NCBI GenBank assembly: GCA_039794005.1
Contig: JBAMMA010000013.1
Coordinates: 1 to 25,662 of the forward strand
DNA from: Thermoplasmata archaeon
GTDB taxonomy: Archaea > Thermoplasmatota > Thermoplasmata > Thermoplasmatales > ARK-15
Length of the DNA stretch: 25,662 nt
Direction of reading: 5' to 3'
The notes below the pieces were generated by a model. That model worked only from the letters and a program-made list of their open reading frames with translations. It did not search any database and was not told the DNA's origin. The translations under genes and the position numbers were made by a program. Positions 18,746-25,662 of this stretch are shown here, one piece after another (the first letter of the stretch is position 1; each line of letters starts with the position of its first letter).

Positions 18746-19033
18746 TCACCCCAACATTTCCAAAAATTCTCTTCCCTTAATCCCAGCCATAATCCCTATT
18801 TCCTTAGCTTTATTTGATAAAATTACAACAGGTTTTTCAAGCATATCCTCAAATGTTGATACCCCGGTAACAATGCCAGCAACGTCACCCATTTTGTTGG
18901 CCGTCTCAATATTCAAATATCCACACATGAGATATCCTTTTTCCCTCTTGATAACAAGAAGATATGCATTTCCCAGATTCCACCTAAATCCCAGAGCAAT
19001 TCCATTGTTCAGTTTAATTTGTTCAATTTCCAT
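18746..19033 (-). CDS. YunC / DUF1805 family protein
   Basis: KGYLMCGYLNIETANKMGD, GV-x-TFEDML. Lies 4 bp upstream of ilvA. Confidence 0.8.
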   Translation of the reverse strand: MEIEQIKLNNGIALGFRWNLGNAYLLVIKREKGYLMCGYLNIETANKMGDVAGIVTGVSTFEDMLEKPVVILSNKAKEIGIMAGIKGREFLEMLG

Positions 19034-19156
19034 CCATTATGAAAAATTCAGCCATATAATTAAATTTTTTTGAAATTAAAAACAATTTATATTATTGTGG
19101 AATTTTTATCCAATCCTTGGAAATTGATTAAATAATAATTTGTAATATCAAGTTGA

Positions 19157-20077
19157 ATGTTGATCAGGGTGCCTTCAAAATTGATTTTATTCGGTGAACA
19201 TGCCGTTGTTTACGGAGAACCGGCAATCTCCATGGCAATCGATTTTTATTTTTACATTGAATTTAAGAAATCTGATAAATATCTCATTGACAACAAAATT
19301 CCTGATCCAAAGTTTCATTCATATATTCTAAAGGCACTGGAATTAACTCAGTACAATGAGGGTTTTGAAATAAATATAAGATCTCATAAATTTCATAGTT
19401 CAGGATTGGGATCATCCGCAGCTGTCACAGTAGGAACGGTTGCATCAGTATTAAAATTAAAGAATGAATTTCAGAAGGAAAAGATTGCAAAAATATCATT
19501 TAATGTTGAATATGAAGTTCAGGGAAGGGCAAGTCCTATAGATACATCCACTGAGACTTCTGGAGGAATAATATACATAGGAAATAATTATGGGCAGAAA
19601 TTGTGGGATATAGAAAAAAATGGAATCACCTGGGAAATAAGGAGATTAAAAGACATAAATTTGGAATTTATTGTTGCAAATTCGGGGATCAGAAGTTCAA
19701 CATCAAATTTGGTTGCAAAGGTCGCAAGGTTTGTAAAAAATAATAAATTTGGAATGGAAATAATTAAGGAGATAGGAAAATTAACCGAAGATAGTATAAA
19801 ATACATAGAAAGCATTGATTATGAAAAAATAGGAGAATTGATGAATAAAAACAACAAGCTTCTTACAATTTTGGGTGTTGGAAATAGAGTTACTTCTTAC
19901 ATAATAGATAGAGTCTCACCATACTCATATGGGGCGAAAATTACAGGGGCGGGCGGAGGAGGGTCTGTGATTATTTTACCTAAAAATAAGGAAAAGGTCA
20001 TTGATATATTGAACAGCATTAACATACCAAATGTAGTTGTTAATACAGATCTGGATGGTGTTAAATTATCTGACTAG
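19157..20077 (+). CDS. mvk: Mevalonate kinase (GHMP family)
   Basis: [41 protein letters not shown]. Confidence 0.9.
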   Translation: MLIRVPSKLILFGEHAVVYGEPAISMAIDFYFYIEFKKSDKYLIDNKIPDPKFHSYILKALELTQYNEGFEINIRSHKFHSSGLGSSAAVTVGTVASVLKLKNEFQKEKIAKISFNVEYEVQGRASPIDTSTETSGGIIYIGNNYGQKLWDIEKNGITWEIRRLKDINLEFIVANSGIRSSTSNLVAKVARFVKNNKFGMEIIKEIGKLTEDSIKYIESIDYEKIGELMNKNNKLLTILGVGNRVTSYIIDRVSPYSYGAKITGAGGGGSVIILPKNKEKVIDILNSINIPNVVVNTDLDGVKLSD

Positions 20078-22466
20078 ATATTTTCAAAATTGTTTTTACA
20101 GCATCATTTTCATCAACATTCATTAACTTTATTCCCTGAGAATTTCTTCCTTGTATGGGTATTTCATTAACTTTAAATGCAATTGTCATTCCATTCTTTG
20201 TCTGCAGCATTATTAAATCGTTTAAATCAACAACCATTACTGATACAAGATCTCCTGTCTTATCGTTGACCTTCTGTCCCTTTATTCCAACGCTGCCTCT
20301 ATGAGTCTTTCTAAATTCGTTCATCCTCGTTAATTTGCCTTTTCCTTTCTCCGTTACCGTTAATAGAAGGGAATTTTCGGTTCCATTGGTCATTGAGATT
20401 ACTTCATCTCCATTTCTAATCTTAATTCCAACTACTCCATATGCATTCCTTCCCATTGGCCTGATCTCTCCCGAATCAAATCTCACAACCATTCCCTTCT
20501 TTGTTGAAATTATTATTTCGTCATTATCATCTATCAACTTAACATCCTTTAAAATGTCGTTATTCAATTTTATGGCAATGATACCCTTTGATATAACATT
20601 TTTAAATTCTTCTACTGGTGTTTTTTTGACTATACCATTTTTTGTTAAAAATAAAACATATCCCCTTGAATTTTCATTGTATGGGATCATGTATACGATC
20701 TTTTCATCTTCATATAAATTGATGAAATTATTTATCGATTTTCCTATGGCTTTTCTGGACATTATTGGCAATTTATAAACATCCATTGAATATACCCTTC
20801 CGGTGTTCGTGAAGAGTAATAATTTATCCCTATTATTCGCTATGATTATTTGTAGAGGAATGTCCTCTCCGTATTCTGTTATTACTCCTTTACCGCCCTT
20901 TGATTGTGTCTTATATTCATTGATTGGAACCCTTTTTATGTATCCCCTTTCCGTAAGCGTGATTATAACATCCTCTGGAGGGATTAAATCCTTTTCTTCT
21001 CTCCTTATTACATTTTCTTTTACTATTTCAGTTCTTCTTTCATCCCCGTATCTCTTCTCTATTTCTAATAGTTCATCTATTACAAGATTGTATATCTTTT
21101 CATCCGATGATAAAATATCCTTTATTTTTCTTATTTCATCAACAATATTGTTTTCCTCCCTTATAATATCATCCCTCTCCATGGATGTCAATCTCTGGAG
21201 CCTCATTTCCAAAATTGCCTTTGCCTGAATTTCGCTTAAATTAAAACTCTTTTGAAGATTTAATGATGCTTCATTCGGATTTGAGGATTCTTTGATTATT
21301 TTAATTACTTCATCTATATTTTCAATGGCCTTTATTAATCCAGATAAAATGTGCTCCCTTTCCTCATCCTTTTTTAATTTGTATTCCAATCTCTTTTTGG
21401 TTATGTTAAACCTGTGCTTTGCGTATTCAGATATTAAATCCTTTAGGTTAAAAATCTTTGGTACATTATCCAGTACTGCAAGTAATATTATTCCATATGT
21501 AACCTCGAGCTGAGAATGTTCAAATAACTGATTTAAAACGATTTCCGGATTTGCATCCCTTTTTAATTTGAATATAACCCTTATCCCATCTTTATTGCTT
21601 TCATCTTTAATGTTAACAATTCCAGTTATTTTTTCTTCTTTGATGAGTTCTGAAATTTTCTGCAATAGTTCCGATTTATTAACTTCATAGGGTATTTCAG
21701 TGAATACAATGGACTTGCTGTTTTTATCTTCCTCTATTTTATATTTACCCCTTACCTTTATTGTACCCTTTCCCGTCCTGTAAGCATCCAGAAGTCCACC
21801 GTAATTTAAAATAACACCACCAGTGGGAAAATCAGGACCTTTTATTATATTGATCAAATCATCAACGGAACAATTATTATTTTTTATATAATAAATAATG
21901 GCATCTATAACGTCCCTTATGTTATGGGGAGGTATGTTTGTGGCCATACCTACAGCAATTCCTGAACTTCCATTTATCAATAAATTTGGAATGCCAGATG
22001 GCAAGTATACAGGTTCCTCCAATGTTCCATCGAAATTCTGCATCATTGGAACCGTTTCCATGTCTATATCCCTTAACATTTCCTCAGCAATTTTATTTAA
22101 TCTTGCTTCGGTATACCTCATCGCGGCTGGAGCATCTCCATCTATACTTCCAAAATTACCCTGACCCTCTATCAATGGATATCTATATGTAAAAGGTTGG
22201 GCCATTCTCACCAATGCCTCGTATATTGGGGATTCTCCATGTGGATGATATTTACCCATTACTTCTCCAACAATTCTTGCGCATTTCTTAAAGGGTTTAT
22301 CGTGATAAAGGTTCATTTCATGCATTGAATATAAAATCCTTCTCTGAACGGGCTTCAATCCATCTCTTACATCGGGTAAAGATCTTCCAATAATTACACT
22401 CATCGCATAATCCATGTATGATGATTTCATCACTTCCTCAATGGGCTTAACTTTTATTTCTTCCAT
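20061..22466 (-). CDS. gyrA: DNA gyrase subunit A
   Basis: [28 protein letters not shown] (catalytic Tyr), GyrA-box-like QSKGGKG, beta-pinwheel repeats. Confidence 0.97.
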   Translation of the reverse strand: MEEIKVKPIEEVMKSSYMDYAMSVIIGRSLPDVRDGLKPVQRRILYSMHEMNLYHDKPFKKCARIVGEVMGKYHPHGESPIYEALVRMAQPFTYRYPLIEGQGNFGSIDGDAPAAMRYTEARLNKIAEEMLRDIDMETVPMMQNFDGTLEEPVYLPSGIPNLLINGSSGIAVGMATNIPPHNIRDVIDAIIYYIKNNNCSVDDLINIIKGPDFPTGGVILNYGGLLDAYRTGKGTIKVRGKYKIEEDKNSKSIVFTEIPYEVNKSELLQKISELIKEEKITGIVNIKDESNKDGIRVIFKLKRDANPEIVLNQLFEHSQLEVTYGIILLAVLDNVPKIFNLKDLISEYAKHRFNITKKRLEYKLKKDEEREHILSGLIKAIENIDEVIKIIKESSNPNEASLNLQKSFNLSEIQAKAILEMRLQRLTSMERDDIIREENNIVDEIRKIKDILSSDEKIYNLVIDELLEIEKRYGDERRTEIVKENVIRREEKDLIPPEDVIITLTERGYIKRVPINEYKTQSKGGKGVITEYGEDIPLQIIIANNRDKLLLFTNTGRVYSMDVYKLPIMSRKAIGKSINNFINLYEDEKIVYMIPYNENSRGYVLFLTKNGIVKKTPVEEFKNVISKGIIAIKLNNDILKDVKLIDDNDEIIISTKKGMVVRFDSGEIRPMGRNAYGVVGIKIRNGDEVISMTNGTENSLLLTVTEKGKGKLTRMNEFRKTHRGSVGIKGQKVNDKTGDLVSVMVVDLNDLIMLQTKNGMTIAFKVNEIPIQGRNSQGIKLMNVDENDAVKTILKISSQII

Positions 22467-22475
22467 AAAAACACC

Positions 22476-24419
22476 TCAAATATCCAGGTTCATGACTTCT
22501 CTCGCATGCTTTATTATGAATTCCCTTCTTGGTTCAACGGATTCGCCCATCAACAATGAAAACAATCTATCTGCTTCTGCAGCTGTTTCAATGTCTATTT
22601 TTATCAATTTCCTGGTTTCTGGGTTCATTGTTGTTTCCCAGAGTTGTTGTGGATTCATTTCTCCCAGTCCCTTAAACCTTTGAACTATTGGATTCCCTAA
22701 CTTCTTGAGCAATTCATCCTTTTCTTCATCTGAATATACATAATAAATGTCATTACCCTTCTGTATTCTATAGAGTGGAGGTTGCGCTATATAGATATGG
22801 CCATATTCAATTAATTTTTTCATATATCTATAAAAGAATGTTAAAAGTAGTGTCCTTATATGCGCTCCATCCACATCCGCATCGGTCATTATGATTATTT
22901 TGCCATACCTTAATTTTGAATAATCGAAATCATCCTTGACCCCGGTACCAATGGCGGAGATCAGTGCCTTTATTTCTTCACTTTTGAATGCCTTTTCGAG
23001 ATTGGCCTTTTCAACATTCAAGATTTTACCTCTCAGGGGTAAAATGGCCTGGAATTCCCTGTTCCTTGCCTGTTTTGCACTTCCTCCGGCACTATCACCC
23101 TCAACGATGAATAATTCTGTTCTGTTTCTATCCTCCAGGGAACAATCGGCAAGTTTTCCTGGGAGGAATAGATTGTCCATCCAGCTTTTCCTTCTTATAA
23201 ATTCTCTTGCTTTTTTCGCAGCTTCTCTTGCCTCGGCGTTCAATAAAACCCTTGCAACTATGGCCCTTGCAGTATTAGGATGTTCTTCAAGATATGTGGA
23301 AATGTTTTTTAAAGACAATGAATAAACAATCCCCTTTACTTCATTATTCCCCAATTTGGATTTTGTTTGGCCTTCAAACTGTGGCTCTGGATGCTTTAAT
23401 AAAATTACACATGTTAACCCCTCCCTGATGTCCTCTCCCGTAATCGTTATATCTTTTAATAAACCGTTCTTTTTTCCATAATCATTAATGGCCTTAGTAA
23501 GTGCTGTCTTAAATCCAACAACGTGTGTACCACCATCCTCCGTATATATATCATTTACATAGGATAATAGTGTTTCATGCTGCTGATCGGAATATTGAAA
23601 TGCAACTTCCAATATTATATTATCCTCTGAATCCTTGAAATATACCACATCGTTATGAAGGGGATTGTTACCCTCATTTAAAAATTTAATAAATTCAATT
23701 AATCCACCATCATATTTAAATTCCTCAACAGTATTATTTTGTAAATCCTTCAATACTATTCTAAGTCCGCCATTTAAAAATGCGAGATTTCTTAATTTAC
23801 CCCTTATTATTTCATAATCAAATTTAGCATTTTTGAAAATTTCTGGATCGGGCTTAAATCTTACAAATGTACCGCTAGGTGATTGTATCTCCATGATTGA
23901 GCCATCATCCAAGATTATAGGATAATTATTGATTTCACCTAAATCCTTTATATCATATAATTTTTTACCCCTTGAATAATCCTGTAAATACAATCTGTTA
24001 TTCCTTTTCACGGCTATCCTGAACTTTTCTGAAAGAAAATTGACCACATGTATACCAACACCGTGTAAACCTCCTGATACCTTGTATACCTTTTTTTCAA
24101 ATTTGGCACCCGAATGTAATTCGGTTAAAACGATTTCCAACGCGGGTTTACCGTATTCAGGATGTACCTCCACGGGAATTCCTCTTCCATCGTCCTCCAC
24201 ACTGACACTTCCATCAGGGTACATCGTGACAAATATATTTTTACAGAATCCTGCCAGGGATTCATCTATACTATTATTTACAACCTCCATCAAAAGTTGA
24301 TATAAACCTCTCTCATCCGTAGATCCAATATACATTCCCGGGCGTTTTCTTACAGCTTCTACGTCATTCAGAACCCTTATATCCTCTGCCCTATAGTCAT
24401 TACTTTTATCTTCTTCCAT
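22476..24419 (-). CDS. gyrB: DNA gyrase subunit B
   Basis: VRKRPGMYIG, DDGRGIP, SGGLHGVG, EGDSAGG, PLRGKILN, MTDADVDG, QRFKGLGEM. Confidence 0.97.
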   Translation of the reverse strand: MEEDKSNDYRAEDIRVLNDVEAVRKRPGMYIGSTDERGLYQLLMEVVNNSIDESLAGFCKNIFVTMYPDGSVSVEDDGRGIPVEVHPEYGKPALEIVLTELHSGAKFEKKVYKVSGGLHGVGIHVVNFLSEKFRIAVKRNNRLYLQDYSRGKKLYDIKDLGEINNYPIILDDGSIMEIQSPSGTFVRFKPDPEIFKNAKFDYEIIRGKLRNLAFLNGGLRIVLKDLQNNTVEEFKYDGGLIEFIKFLNEGNNPLHNDVVYFKDSEDNIILEVAFQYSDQQHETLLSYVNDIYTEDGGTHVVGFKTALTKAINDYGKKNGLLKDITITGEDIREGLTCVILLKHPEPQFEGQTKSKLGNNEVKGIVYSLSLKNISTYLEEHPNTARAIVARVLLNAEAREAAKKAREFIRRKSWMDNLFLPGKLADCSLEDRNRTELFIVEGDSAGGSAKQARNREFQAILPLRGKILNVEKANLEKAFKSEEIKALISAIGTGVKDDFDYSKLRYGKIIIMTDADVDGAHIRTLLLTFFYRYMKKLIEYGHIYIAQPPLYRIQKGNDIYYVYSDEEKDELLKKLGNPIVQRFKGLGEMNPQQLWETTMNPETRKLIKIDIETAAEADRLFSLLMGESVEPRREFIIKHAREVMNLDI

Positions 24420-24453
24420 TAATATCTCCCTAGATAGTATAAATTATTAATAT

Positions 24454-25062
24454 TTATTTTTTTATGATTGTAAATATTCTTTCCTCCTGCTTTTCAGAAA
24501 ATCTCAATTTTTTATTTATTTTATTTTTATAAATAATGATCATATTATTAAATAATGCTTCTATTTCTTCAATATCGAAATAATGCGTGATTATGCCATT
24601 ATCTCTCAAAAATGTATCCCTTTCAATTTCCTCTCCATTTCCATATCTAAAATCACCCTTTGAAATGACATTTAAAAAAATATAACCATCTTTTTTTAAT
24701 GTTCTATCAATTTCATTGACTAAAAATTTTAAATCGTATTTTAAAAAGTGCTCAAGGAGATTAAATATTATTATTGCGTCAAATAAATTATCTTTAAAGG
24801 GAATATATCTGGCATCAGCACATATTCTTTCATAATATAGTTTGTTCTTCTTTAAAGCATTCAGAGAGAAGTCCATCAATATAATTTTATAATTTTTATA
24901 TAAATAATAAAATGAATATTTACCCGTACCGGACCCTAGGTCCAGAACCAGATGATCTTTCTTAATATAATTTTCAAAATATGGGATTTCACCGTATCCT
25001 CTCCAACCACCCTTTCCCCTGTAAAATTTTTCCCAGGATTTTCTCTGATTGGGAATATTCAT
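24454..25062 (-). CDS. Class I SAM-dependent methyltransferase
   Basis: VLDLGSGTG motif I, MDFS, ADARYIPF...FDAI, LKKDG. Confidence 0.87.
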   Translation of the reverse strand: MNIPNQRKSWEKFYRGKGGWRGYGEIPYFENYIKKDHLVLDLGSGTGKYSFYYLYKNYKIILMDFSLNALKKNKLYYERICADARYIPFKDNLFDAIIIFNLLEHFLKYDLKFLVNEIDRTLKKDGYIFLNVISKGDFRYGNGEEIERDTFLRDNGIITHYFDIEEIEALFNNMIIIYKNKINKKLRFSEKQEERIFTIIKK

Positions 25063-25155
25063 TGTATCTAAATATATATTTTAATAAATAAAACTATCTC
25101 ACATTTCAGTGAATTAAAAAAATTTAATATATTCTTTTACGATTGTACATGAGAT

Positions 25156-25533
25156 ATGTTTTCGAAAAAGAAAACCGATGAGGAAATTGATTTGTTAAAA
25201 GATTCGATAAATAAACTTTCAAAGGATGTTCAGGATTTAAAGGTAAAACAGGATGAAATTTCAAAGATATTAACGGAATTGGAAAATAAGATAGCATTTC
25301 TGAATGTATTATCTGCAAAGATCAACACAACTTATTATCACATTACTTATGATATGGACGACAAATTAAAAAATTTTTTAAGCGAAATCAAGGAAAATTT
25401 GGAAAGCATATTAAATCAGATGGATGAAAAATTGAATGCACTTGCTGAAAAGAAGCAGGAAGTTCAGGAACCTGCTCCCTCTGCACCTGTGTCTGGAAGG
25501 AGGAAAAAACAGCAGCAGCAACAGCAACAATAA
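25156..25533 (+). CDS. Hypothetical coiled-coil protein with Pro/Ala linker and RRKK-polyQ C-terminus
   Basis: 125 aa with heptad-like L/I spacing; ends EPAPSAPVSGRRKKQQQQQQQ. Confidence 0.7.
   Translation: MFSKKKTDEEIDLLKDSINKLSKDVQDLKVKQDEISKILTELENKIAFLNVLSAKINTTYYHITYDMDDKLKNFLSEIKENLESILNQMDEKLNALAEKKQEVQEPAPSAPVSGRRKKQQQQQQQ
25510..25530 (+). repeat. CAG/CAA trinucleotide run (7 Gln codons)
   Basis: CAGCAGCAGCAACAGCAACAA immediately before the TAA stop. Confidence 0.9.
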
Positions 25534-25534
25534 A

Positions 25535-25619
25535 GCGGAGGTTGCCGAGCCAGGTTAAAGGCGGCAGACTCAAGATCTGCTTCCGTAGGGATACGCCGGT
25601 TCAAATCCGGCCCTCCGCA
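25535..25619 (+). tRNA. tRNA-Leu (anticodon CAA)
   Basis: Acceptor stem GCGGAGG/CCTCCGC plus discriminator A. Anticodon arm GCAGA-CTCAAGA-TCTGC, long variable arm, T arm GCCGG-TTCAAAT-CCGGC. No intron and no encoded CCA. Confidence 0.97.
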
Positions 25620-25662
25620 TTCCCTATTTTTAAAAATGAAGATTTATTTTTTTAATTTTGGA

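Noticed and set aside
20061-24419. Inteins in GyrA/GyrB, and + strand ORFs within these genes
   Set aside because: Lengths (801 and 647 aa) are normal with contiguous motifs; the + strand ORFs are antisense shadows.
25388-25573. 61-aa minus-strand ORF
   Set aside because: Overlaps the tRNA and the coiled-coil gene in antisense; its poly-Ala/Val is simply the complement of the CAG run.
25535-25662. tRNA-Leu as the attachment site of an integrated element
   Set aside because: No integrase and no duplicated tRNA 3' end were seen in the window; only 43 bp of downstream sequence is visible.

Overview
AT-rich archaeal chromosomal window, most likely from a Thermoplasmata-lineage organism. That assignment is an inference from a DUF6015-like gene, bacterial-type gyrB-gyrA, GvpD-like ATPases, an archaeal-style tRNA-Leu without encoded CCA and a 4-subunit 2-oxoacid:ferredoxin oxidoreductase. 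The left ~8 kb is a loosely packed accessory-like zone. Two divergently oriented GvpD/KaiC-like (RAD55-type) ATPase paralogs bracket a perfect 11-6-11 bp inverted repeat with Xer/dif architecture (2074-2101), a decayed IS200/IS605 tnpB element ending ~10 bp from that site, and three modification-type enzymes (GNAT, metallophosphoesterase, macrodomain). The rest is compact and mostly housekeeping. It holds a membrane protein-DUF6015-USP-glycosyltransferase-flippase-like-Zn-finger run, korDABC-like genes, an ABC transporter pair, threonine dehydratase, YunC, mevalonate kinase, gyrBA, a SAM methyltransferase, a coiled-coil poly-Q-tailed ORF and tRNA-Leu(CAA). No CRISPR array or integrase was seen. 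All family calls come from motif recognition by eye, not from database searches.
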